DNA of 21,302 nt from Acidobacteriota bacterium (GCA_019244185.1 JAFATB010000021.1:1-21302), one strand, 5' to 3'; positions 1 through 7,455 are shown, counted from the first letter of the stretch. Program-made: numbers and translations. The notes: generated by a model from the letters alone, not told the origin.

Positions 1-259
1 GATGCTCCGCGGCTACGAGATCATCAGCGAGCTCAAGGAAGAGCTCGCGAAGTTCATGACGGACCACAAGTTCGCCAACCTGCGCGAGTTCATCGGCAAG
101 AGCCTGCCGTACTTCACCACGCACCACGATCTGGTCGATCGCCAGAAGGCGGTGCGCGAGGCGAAGGAAGCCGCACGTGCCGGCAAGGCCACCGCGAAGG
201 ATGTCGAGACCTGGAAGGGCGACATCGCGAAGGAAACCTCCACCCTGGTGACGAACTAA
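1..259 (+). CDS. preA: Dihydropyrimidine dehydrogenase (PreA/PYD1-like, FMN subunit), C-terminal fragment; 5' end outside the window
   Basis: The translation GYEIISELKEELAKFMTDHKFANLREFIGKSLPYFTTHHDLVDRQ...WKGDIAKETSTLVTN resembles the C-terminus of PYD1-type dihydropyrimidine dehydrogenases as I recall it. It ends 3 bp before a beta-ureidopropionase-like gene. Confidence 0.75.
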   Translation, partial: MLRGYEIISELKEELAKFMTDHKFANLREFIGKSLPYFTTHHDLVDRQKAVREAKEAARAGKATAKDVETWKGDIAKETSTLVTN

Positions 260-262
260 GTC

Positions 263-1129
263 ATGCGCAAAGTCATCTCCGGCCTCATCCAGGCCTCGAA
301 CCCGATCAACGACGAATCCAAGTCCGTGGCCGAGATCCAGGCCGCGATGCTCGAGAAGCACCTGCCGATGATCCACGAGGCCGGCAAGAAGGGTGTGCAG
401 ATCCTCTGCCTGCAGGAGATCTTCAACGGCCCGTACTTCTGCCCCGGTCAGGACAAGCGCTGGTACGACGCCGCGGAGCCGGTGCCGGGCCCGACCGTCG
501 AGAAGCTCGCGCCGATCGCCGCGAAGTACCAGATGGCGATCGTCGTGCCGATCTACGAGCGCGAGAGCGCCGGCGTCTACTACAACACCGCCGCGATCCT
601 CGACGCCGACGGCACCTACCTGGGCAAGTACCGCAAGACGCACATACCGCACTGCCTGCCGGGCTTCTGGGAGAAGTTCTACTTCACGCCGGGCAACCTC
701 GGCTTCCCGACCTTCGAGACGAAGTACGCGCGCATCGGCGTCTACATCTGCTACGACCGCCACTTCCCCGAGGGCGCGCGGGAATTGGGACTCGCGGGCG
801 CGGAAGTCGTCTTCAATCCGTCGGCGACCGTGGCCGGCCTCTCCGAGTATCTCTGGAAGCTCGAGCAGCCGGCGCACGCCGTCGCGAACGGCTACTTCGT
901 CGGCGCGATCAATCGCGTCGGCTTCGAGGCGCCGTGGAACATCGGCGAGTTCTACGGCCAGAGCTACTTCTGCGATCCGCGCGGACAGTTCCTCGCCGTC
1001 GCCGATCGCGACAAGGACGCCCTCGTGACCGCGGAGCTCGACATGGACAAGATCCGCGAGGTCCGCAACACGTGGCAGTTCTTCCGCGACCGTCGTCCCG
1101 AAACGTACAACGGACTCGTGCGGCTGTGA
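263..1129 (+). CDS. Nitrilase/carbon-nitrogen hydrolase, probable beta-ureidopropionase (beta-alanine synthase), 288 aa
   Basis: Glu-Lys-Cys triad motifs CLQEIF, KYRKTHIP and YICYDRHFPE are present, plus C-terminal FRDRRPETY. It lies next to a dihydropyrimidine dehydrogenase. Confidence 0.9.
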   Translation: MRKVISGLIQASNPINDESKSVAEIQAAMLEKHLPMIHEAGKKGVQILCLQEIFNGPYFCPGQDKRWYDAAEPVPGPTVEKLAPIAAKYQMAIVVPIYERESAGVYYNTAAILDADGTYLGKYRKTHIPHCLPGFWEKFYFTPGNLGFPTFETKYARIGVYICYDRHFPEGARELGLAGAEVVFNPSATVAGLSEYLWKLEQPAHAVANGYFVGAINRVGFEAPWNIGEFYGQSYFCDPRGQFLAVADRDKDALVTAELDMDKIREVRNTWQFFRDRRPETYNGLVRL

Positions 1130-1656
1130 TGAGCGATCCCCGCTATCCCGTCGGCAAGTTCCAACCCGTTGACCAGCTCACCGACGACGAGCGCCGCGCG
1201 CACATCGACACGATTGCCGCGGCGCCGTCGCGTTTGCGCGCCGCCGTCGCCGGTCTCGACGACGCGCAGCTCGACACGCCGTACCGCGACGGCGGCTGGA
1301 CGATCCGCCAGGTCGTGCATCACGTGCCCGACAGCCACGTCAACGCGTACGTGCGCCTCAAGCTCGCGCTGACCGAAGACAATCCGACGATCCTTCCGTA
1401 CAAGGAAGCGGCGTGGGCGGACGTCGTCGACTCGCGCATCACGCCGATCGACGTCTCGCTGACGCTGCTCGAGTCGCTGCACGCGCGCATGGTCGGTCTG
1501 CTGCGCACGCTCGAGCCGGCCGACTTCCGCCGCACGTTCCGCCATCCCGAGCACGAGGGACTCTTCTCGCTCGACAAGTTCGTGGCGATGTACGCGTGGC
1601 ACAGCCTGCATCACGCCGCGCACATCACGTCGACGCGCGAACGTCACGGCTGGTAG
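1129..1656 (+). CDS. YfiT/BstA-like DinB-superfamily metal-dependent thiol transferase/hydrolase, 175 aa
   Basis: The ATG overlaps the upstream stop (TGATG). Motifs: DPRYPVGKF, LDTPYRDGGWTIRQVVHHVPDSH, KLALTEDNPTI, and YAWHSLHHAAHI (His metal ligands). Confidence 0.9.
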   Translation: MSDPRYPVGKFQPVDQLTDDERRAHIDTIAAAPSRLRAAVAGLDDAQLDTPYRDGGWTIRQVVHHVPDSHVNAYVRLKLALTEDNPTILPYKEAAWADVVDSRITPIDVSLTLLESLHARMVGLLRTLEPADFRRTFRHPEHEGLFSLDKFVAMYAWHSLHHAAHITSTRERHGW

Positions 1657-1665
1657 TTGTCGCGG

Positions 1666-2460
1666 ATGATCACGACCAGGACGCTCACCGCGTCCGACTT
1701 CGATGCGCTGCACGCCGCGTTCGTCGAGGCCTTCAGCGACTACGTCGTGAAGCTCGCGCCGACGCGCGAACAGCTCGCGGAGATGCTCGCGCGCCGCGGC
1801 TGGATTCCGGAAGCGTCCGTCGCAGCATTCGACGGCGAACGCATGGTCGCGTTCACGGTCAACGCGATCGACGGCGATTCCGGTTATGACAGCGGCACCG
1901 GCGTCGTGCCGTCGCACCGCCGCCGCGGACTCGCGCGGCGTCTCATGGACGAATCGTGCGAGCTCCTCCGCGCGCGCGGCTGCACGCGCTACGTCCTCGA
2001 AGTCATTGACGCCAACGCCAGCGCGTACGCGCTCTATCGCGCCTGCGGCTTCACGCTCGTGCGCGGACTGCAATGCTGGACGTTCGCATCGGATGTGAGC
2101 GCCGACGCGCCGCGCATCGCGAGTTGTGCGCGTCTCGATGAAGAACGCGACATCGCACCGTCGTGGCAGAACTCCGACGCCTCGCTCGCGCGCACACGCG
2201 ACCCGCGCGTCATCCTCGGCGACGACGACGCCTGCGCGATCGTCTTTCCGTCGAACGGCGATCTCCCGCGGCTGGTCGTGCGCCGCGACGCGCGACGCCG
2301 CGGGCGCGGCACGCAACTCCTGCGCGCGGCGCATGCGAGTGCGGGGAAGCCGCTGCGCATCATGAACGTCGACGAGCGCGACCGCGGCATCGCTACGTTT
2401 CTCGAGGCTGCCGGCGCGCGTCCGCTGATCCGCCAGCTCGAGCTCGTCTGCGTGCTCTGA
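1666..2460 (+). CDS. GNAT-family N-acetyltransferase with two GNAT-like domains, about 264 aa
   Basis: Acetyl-CoA motifs GVVPSHRRRGLA and VRRDARRRGRG; LEVIDANASAYALYRACGF. ATG 1666 is preferred over TTG 1657. Confidence 0.85.
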   Translation: MITTRTLTASDFDALHAAFVEAFSDYVVKLAPTREQLAEMLARRGWIPEASVAAFDGERMVAFTVNAIDGDSGYDSGTGVVPSHRRRGLARRLMDESCELLRARGCTRYVLEVIDANASAYALYRACGFTLVRGLQCWTFASDVSADAPRIASCARLDEERDIAPSWQNSDASLARTRDPRVILGDDDACAIVFPSNGDLPRLVVRRDARRRGRGTQLLRAAHASAGKPLRIMNVDERDRGIATFLEAAGARPLIRQLELVCVL

Positions 2461-2471
2461 CTACGCACTGA

Positions 2472-2487
2472 CGGCGCGCTTCCTGCT
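2472..2487 (+). promoter_or_regulatory. Putative sigma-54 (-24/-12) promoter of the stand-alone response regulator
   Basis: CGGCGCGCTTCCTGCT has GG(2473-74)-N10-GC(2485-86) and is close to the consensus TGGCACG-N4-TTGCW. It lies in the 49-bp intergenic gap, 22 bp before the ATG. Confidence 0.5.
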
Positions 2488-2509
2488 TCGAATCGTGCGC
2501 GGTGAACGC

Positions 2510-2914
2510 ATGTCGCGCATTCTCGTAGTCGAGGACGACGACTCCGTCCGGCACCTGCTGATGGACTCGCTCGCGCAGCGAGCGAAGCTCGAGGTCGACG
2601 GTGCGCGCGACGGCGTCGAAGCGCTCCATCGCGTCACGACCAGCCGGTATGGCGTGGTGGTGCTCGACCTCATGATGCCGCACATGAGCGGCGTCGACTT
2701 CCTCGAGTCGCTGCGCATGATGACCTCCGATCCGTCGCTCGAGCATCTCGACGCGACGCCGGCGGTCATCGTGCTCACCGGCGCGCCGCAGGACGTCGTG
2801 GCCACCGAGGAGCTGGCGGAACGCTTTCCGTCGCTCGTGCACCGCGTGCTGCGGAAGCCGGTCGATCTCGACGCGCTCGTGGCGTCGGTCAGCAGCACGA
2901 TCGACGCGTCGTAG
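2510..2914 (+). CDS. Single-domain response regulator (receiver only), 134 aa
   Basis: ILVVEDD acidic pocket, LDLMMP phospho-acceptor Asp, VLTG, LRKP; no output domain. Confidence 0.92.
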   Translation: MSRILVVEDDDSVRHLLMDSLAQRAKLEVDGARDGVEALHRVTTSRYGVVVLDLMMPHMSGVDFLESLRMMTSDPSLEHLDATPAVIVLTGAPQDVVATEELAERFPSLVHRVLRKPVDLDALVASVSSTIDAS

Positions 2915-2917
2915 CGG

Positions 2918-4696
2918 TCACGACGCGATGCGGCCGAGCGCCTCGTCGATCGCGCGCGTGACCGTCTCGCGCGAGAGGTCGCCTTTGTAGACGACGCAAA
3001 CCGCTTTGGTGAGGATCTGGCGCCGCTCGTCGTCGTTGACGAAACGCGAGGTGACGATCACGACCGGGATCAACGCGGTCTCGGGGTTGCTCTTGAGCCG
3101 CTGCAGCACCTCGTGTCCGCCGATGCCCGGCATCATGAGGTCGAGCATGATGAGATCGGGATGATCGGCGAGCGCGCGCTCGATGCCGTGCGTGCCGTTC
3201 TCGGCCTCGATGATGTCGGTGCCGGGACGCGTGGCGAAGCTCGCCAGCGCATAGCGCGCGGTCTCGTCGTCGTCGACGACGAGGATGCGCAGCGCGCCCG
3301 CGGCCACCGACGCACTGACGGGCGGCGCGACCGTCCGCGGCACCCCGGGCCTCGTATCGCCGACGTAGTGCACGGGGATTTCCGCCCAGAACGTCGAGCC
3401 GACGCCGGGCGTGCTGCGCACGCCGACGCTGCCGCCGAGGAGCGTGGCCAGCTTGCGCGTGAGCGGCAGGCCGAGTCCCGTGCCCTTGTGCGTGCGCTGC
3501 ATCGGATTGTCGACCTGCGTGAACTCCTCGAAGACGCGCTCCTGATCTTCCGGCGCGATGCCGATGCCGGTGTCGGTCACCGAGAAGCGCACCTTCTCGC
3601 CGCCGTCCGTCATCGCCGCCGCCACGCGCACCTCTCCCGCCTCGGTGTACTTGAGCGCGTTCGAGATGAAGTTGCGGAGGATCTGCGAGACCTTGCCCTC
3701 GTCGCTGTTCATCATCGGAATGCGTTCCGGCTCTTCGAAGACAAGCGCGAGCGAGCGGTTGAGCAGCATCGGGCGCAGCATGCCGCGCAGCGCGCTGAAG
3801 AGATTCGCGACCTCGAACTCCGCGGGACGGATCTCGATCTTCCCCGCTTCGATCTTCGCGAGGTCGAGCAGATCGTCGACCAGACTCTCGAGATCTTCCG
3901 CCGCGCGGCGGATGAGCATGACCTGTTTCTTCGTCTCGACGCCGAGGCCGTCTTCGAGCAGCAGGTGCGTCAGCGCGAGGATCGAGTTCACGGGCGTCCG
4001 GAACTCGTGCGACATGTCGGAGAGGAAGCGTGTCTTGACCTGATCGGAGCGCCGCAGCGACTCCGCTTTTTCGTCGAGCTCCGCGTACAGCGCGAGCACG
4101 CCGCGATTCGTGTCCTCGAGCTCCTGGTTGAGGCGCTGCAGTTCCTCCTGCCGCTCGTTGAGCGCGCCGAGCGCCTGCAGCAGCTCCGCGTTCTGTTGCT
4201 GGATCTCTTCGATCGGTCCTTCCGGACGCTGGCGCGCGAGCTGGTCGGCGAGCCGCGCGAGGCGCTCGGGCGTGAGCGGCGGCGCGGATGGCGGGAGCCG
4301 CTTGCGCATCCTGATCGTCGTGCCGCGGCCGGCGGCGGTATCGACGGTGAGATCGTCCATCAGCCGCTTCGCGCCGATGAGGCCGAGGCCCATGCCGGTC
4401 GACGAGCGGTACGTGCCGCCGAGGACGTCGTCGACATTGGCGATGCCGGGGCCGCGATCGCTCACCGTCATCGTGAGCACCTGCGTTCCGCTCTGTGATT
4501 CGATGCCGAACTCCACGCGTCCGCCGCCGCCGTAGCGCAGCGCGTTGCGCGCGATCTCCGACGTCACCGTGGCGATGCGCGTCTGATCCTGTTCGTCGAA
4601 CCCGAGCAGCTCCGCGACCTGGCGCGCGCGGCGGCGCGCCGCGACGAGGTCGTACTCGAAGTGCAGCGAGATCGATGAAAGAGGTGTGCTCGGCAT
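2918..4696 (-). CDS. Cytoplasmic hybrid histidine kinase: N-terminal RsbT-like GHKL domain, coiled coil, HisKA, HATPase_c, REC; 592 aa
   Basis: N-terminal SEIARNALRYGGGG, DRGPGI, GMGLGL. H-box SHEFRTP, N-box NFISNALKYT, G1 DTGIGI, G2 GTGLGL. REC motifs VVDDD, LDLMMP, VTS, YK. No transmembrane segment is evident. Confidence 0.93.
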   Translation of the reverse strand: MPSTPLSSISLHFEYDLVAARRRARQVAELLGFDEQDQTRIATVTSEIARNALRYGGGGRVEFGIESQSGTQVLTMTVSDRGPGIANVDDVLGGTYRSSTGMGLGLIGAKRLMDDLTVDTAAGRGTTIRMRKRLPPSAPPLTPERLARLADQLARQRPEGPIEEIQQQNAELLQALGALNERQEELQRLNQELEDTNRGVLALYAELDEKAESLRRSDQVKTRFLSDMSHEFRTPVNSILALTHLLLEDGLGVETKKQVMLIRRAAEDLESLVDDLLDLAKIEAGKIEIRPAEFEVANLFSALRGMLRPMLLNRSLALVFEEPERIPMMNSDEGKVSQILRNFISNALKYTEAGEVRVAAAMTDGGEKVRFSVTDTGIGIAPEDQERVFEEFTQVDNPMQRTHKGTGLGLPLTRKLATLLGGSVGVRSTPGVGSTFWAEIPVHYVGDTRPGVPRTVAPPVSASVAAGALRILVVDDDETARYALASFATRPGTDIIEAENGTHGIERALADHPDLIMLDLMMPGIGGHEVLQRLKSNPETALIPVVIVTSRFVNDDERRQILTKAVCVVYKGDLSRETVTRAIDEALGRIAS

Positions 4697-4699
4697 GGA

Positions 4700-5716
4700 C
4701 TACGAGGCCTTTGCGACGACGACGGTGGCGTCGTCGGTGCCGCGGCAGTAGTCGCGGAAGATGACGGCGGCGATGAGCGCGGGATCGTGTTGCATCAGTC
4801 CGGGATATTGAGTCGCGTTCCAGTTCGTGGAAACGCCGTCGGAATGCAGGAAGAGCACGGAGGAAGCGGTCCAGGGATACGAGAAAGTCTGCACCCGCCG
4901 CATCTCGTGGCCGACGATGCCGGGCGTGGACACGGTGCGCCGCGTCCCCTCATCGCTGGTGATCGTACCAGCGATATTGCCGATACCGGTGAAGTCGATG
5001 CGGCCGAGCGAGGCGTAGATGCGCGCCACGGCGAGCGCGGCTCCGCGCGTCGCGCGCAACGCGCCGTGCGCGTCCTGGAACATCCGCTCCGGATCGGCAT
5101 CGGGGCGCGCGCGGATCACGCGCAGCGCCGCATGGGACGCGTCCGCGGCGGCGCCACCGTGTCCGAGTCCGTCGGCAACGGCGATCGTCACCGACTCGCG
5201 CGACGGGATCGCCGCCCATCCGTCGCCCGGCTGATCTTCACCCGGCTTCGGAATGCAGACGCCGCCGTACACGATGCGCGACGGCGAGCCGCTCGCGGGC
5301 GGCGCCGGCACGTTGCTGCCGTTCTCGAACGTGCAGAGCACGGCCGCGCCGCGATCGGGAACGCTGTAGACGTCGAAGCGGTCCGACGCGCGCTGGATCG
5401 CGCCGAGTCCCGTCCCCGGACTGCCGGCGGTCGAGTAGCCGTCGCGCATCGCGGCGTTGAGGTTCGCGAAGCCGCGACCTTTGTCGATCGTGATGAGCGT
5501 CAGCGCGTGCGGACGCGACTCGTCCGACGCGAAGAGCATCGAGCCGCCTTGCGCGTGCTTGACGAGATTCGTCGCGAGCTCGGTCGCGACCAGCGCCACT
5601 TTCGCCGTCACCGTCTCGTCCATGCGCAGACTTTCCGCGCACTGCACGGCGACGCGGCGCGCAAGCGCGACGTCGCTACCGTCGCGAACACCAACCACTC
5701 TTCCCGCGGCAATCAT
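4700..5716 (-). CDS. RsbT-like ATPase domain fused to a SpoIIE/PP2C phosphatase (RsbX-like), 338 aa
   Basis: N-terminal TELATNLVKHA, DKGRG, GYSTAGSPGTGLG. C-terminal PP2C motifs GDGW, VADGLGHG, HSDGV, TDDAT. ATGA overlap with rsbT. Confidence 0.9.
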   Translation of the reverse strand: MIAAGRVVGVRDGSDVALARRVAVQCAESLRMDETVTAKVALVATELATNLVKHAQGGSMLFASDESRPHALTLITIDKGRGFANLNAAMRDGYSTAGSPGTGLGAIQRASDRFDVYSVPDRGAAVLCTFENGSNVPAPPASGSPSRIVYGGVCIPKPGEDQPGDGWAAIPSRESVTIAVADGLGHGGAAADASHAALRVIRARPDADPERMFQDAHGALRATRGAALAVARIYASLGRIDFTGIGNIAGTITSDEGTRRTVSTPGIVGHEMRRVQTFSYPWTASSVLFLHSDGVSTNWNATQYPGLMQHDPALIAAVIFRDYCRGTDDATVVVAKAS

Positions 5717-6126
5717 GAAGCGCCTTTCCAGCGCGCGATCATGACCCGCGTGCCTTCGCCCGGTTTCGAGCGAATTTCGAATTCATTGGAGAGCCGTCGC
5801 GCGCCGCCGAGCCCGAGGCCCATGCCGCCGCCGCTCGTGTAGCCGTCGCGCAACGCCTGTTCGACGTCGGCGATGCCGGGACCTTTATCCTCGAACGTGA
5901 GGCGCAGGCCGCGGCGGATTCCGTCGTCGAGCGCTTCCAGCACCACCACGCCGCCGCCGCCGTAGTCGACCATGTTGCGCGCGAGCTCGCTCGCCGCCGT
6001 GACGATCTTGGTCTGCTCGACGATGCTGAATCCGATCTCCACGGCCCAACGCCGGACCATGTGCCGGACCATGACGACTTCCGACGTGGAGCGGACTGGA
6101 ACCGTCTCACTCTTCGTCTGCGGCAT
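5713..6126 (-). CDS. rsbT: Stressosome Ser/Thr kinase RsbT, 137 aa
   Basis: TKIVTAASELARNMVDYGGGG, FEDKGPGI, GYTSGGGMGLGLGGARRL. It follows rsbR and rsbS; ATG at 6126 chosen. Confidence 0.93.
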   Translation of the reverse strand: MPQTKSETVPVRSTSEVVMVRHMVRRWAVEIGFSIVEQTKIVTAASELARNMVDYGGGGVVVLEALDDGIRRGLRLTFEDKGPGIADVEQALRDGYTSGGGMGLGLGGARRLSNEFEIRSKPGEGTRVMIARWKGAS

Positions 6127-6502
6127 CCGCGGTCTCCGCCTCGGTATCACGCGCGACGCTCTGCAGCAGTTCCATCCCTCGCTCGATGTTCAGCGCCGAG
6201 CGAACGCCCTTGAGCGACAGCCCGAGCTCGACGAGCGTGATCGCCACCGAGGGCTGCATGCCGACGACGACGGTCTCCGCGTCGAGCACGCGCGCCATGG
6301 CCGCGGTGTTCGCGAGCATGCGGCCGATGAACGAGTCGACGACGTCGAGCGAGGAGATGTCGACGAGCACGCCCTTCGCGCGATGCTTCACGATCTGCGC
6401 GGTGAGGTCGTCCTGCAGCGCGAGCGCGGTGCGGTCGTCCATGTCGACCTGAATCGAGACGAGGAGATACCTCCCCATCTTGAGGATCGGGATGCGTTCC
6501 AT
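6107..6502 (-). CDS. rsbS: Stressosome STAS protein RsbS, 131 aa
   Basis: MERIPILK; VDISSLDVVDSFIG (Ser57, equivalent to the B. subtilis RsbS phospho-Ser59); GMQPSVAITLVELGL. Confidence 0.95.
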   Translation of the reverse strand: MERIPILKMGRYLLVSIQVDMDDRTALALQDDLTAQIVKHRAKGVLVDISSLDVVDSFIGRMLANTAAMARVLDAETVVVGMQPSVAITLVELGLSLKGVRSALNIERGMELLQSVARDTEAETADAADEE

Positions 6503-6504
6503 GA

Positions 6505-7371
6505 TCAGACCGCCTTCGCTGTGCGGCGCACAACGGCGAGGCCGAGGCGCTGCAACGCGATCGAGAACGCGTCGGCGAGCGTGGCCTTCGTGATCACGTC
6601 GTTGATCTCGACGCCGAGGTGCACGATGGTCTGCGCGATCTGCGGACGAATGCCGCTGATGATGCAGTCCGCGCCCATGAGGCGCGCCGCGGCGACGGTC
6701 TTGAGCAGATGCTGCGCGACGAGCGTGTCGACGACCGGCACGCCGGTGATGTCGATGATCGCGATCGCGGAGCCGGTGTCAACGATGGCCTGCAGCAGGC
6801 TCTCCATGACCACCTGCGTGCGCGCGCTGTCGAGCGTGCCGATGAGCGGCAGCGCGAGCACGCCCGCCCACAACTGCACGACCGGCGTCGAGAGCTCGAG
6901 CAGTTCCTGCTGCTGCCGCGCGATCACTTCCTCGCGGCCCTTCTGATACGTCTCCGTGACCAGCAAGCCGAGCGAGTCGAGCAGCAGCGTCGAGCTCCAG
7001 ATCTGCTCGGCGAGATCGTCGCCGCTCGCGTGAGCGCGCAGCGCCGTGAACAGCGGCTGCTTGAGCGAGAAAACGAACGTCGCGGTCTCCGTCGGCGTGA
7101 ACCCCTGCCGCGCGCGCGACCGCGCGATCGACGTCATGAGCTCGCGCACCGGCGCCCACGCCTCAGATGTCAGGATGTCGGTGTCGCCCGCGCTCAGCGC
7201 GCCGCGCAGCGCGGCGAGAAAGTCGCGGCTCTGCTGCTCGAGCTCTCCGCTGCGCAACAGATTGTTGCGGAGCGAGAGATCGCGCTCCTGCAGCTGCAGC
7301 CACCCGCGGAGGATTTCCTGTTCGTTGTCGCGCAGCACCTGCAGCAGCGCGTCGTTTCGCGATTCCGCCAT
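6505..7371 (-). CDS. rsbR: Stressosome scaffold/sensor RsbR (N-terminal non-heme globin-like domain + STAS), 288 aa
   Basis: This is the 3' part of the 6505..11157 ORF, with ATG at 7371 and SD AAGGAG at 7380-7385. Motifs: ELSTPVVQLW, PLIGTLDSAR, IDITGVPVVDTLVAQHL, SGIRPQIAQTIVHLG. Confidence 0.95.
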   Translation of the reverse strand: MAESRNDALLQVLRDNEQEILRGWLQLQERDLSLRNNLLRSGELEQQSRDFLAALRGALSAGDTDILTSEAWAPVRELMTSIARSRARQGFTPTETATFVFSLKQPLFTALRAHASGDDLAEQIWSSTLLLDSLGLLVTETYQKGREEVIARQQQELLELSTPVVQLWAGVLALPLIGTLDSARTQVVMESLLQAIVDTGSAIAIIDITGVPVVDTLVAQHLLKTVAAARLMGADCIISGIRPQIAQTIVHLGVEINDVITKATLADAFSIALQRLGLAVVRRTAKAV

Positions 7372-7411
7372 ACCTGCTACTCCTTCCGAAACCGAAGAAC
7401 CGGACTCTATA

Positions 7412-7427
7412 AGCAAAGGCAACGCCA
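7412..7427 (-). promoter_or_regulatory. Putative sigma-54 (-24/-12) promoter of the stressosome operon
   Basis: The minus strand reads TGGCGTTGCCTTTGCT, i.e. TGGC-N7-TTGCT with exact GG-N10-GC spacing. The predicted start site is about 7401, upstream of the rsbR SD. Confidence 0.6.
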
Positions 7428-7438
7428 CAGAACACGTT

Positions 7439-7447
7439 TGATACGAT
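7439..7447 (+). promoter_or_regulatory. Putative extended -10 promoter for a leaderless GH57 transcript
   Basis: TG-A-TACGAT ends 8 nt before ATG 7456, with no SD in between. Confidence 0.45.
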
Positions 7448-7455
7448 CGCCGCCC

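Noticed and set aside
7385-7404. Possible C(UUCG)G hairpin in the rsbR leader
   Set aside because: The stem is weak, with a 2x2 U mismatch, and the predicted start site (about 7401) would truncate it.
6619-7455. 279-aa N-terminal extension of the GH57 ORF
   Set aside because: It is antisense to rsbR; family similarity begins at MPALPERFITIHGHFYQP (7456).
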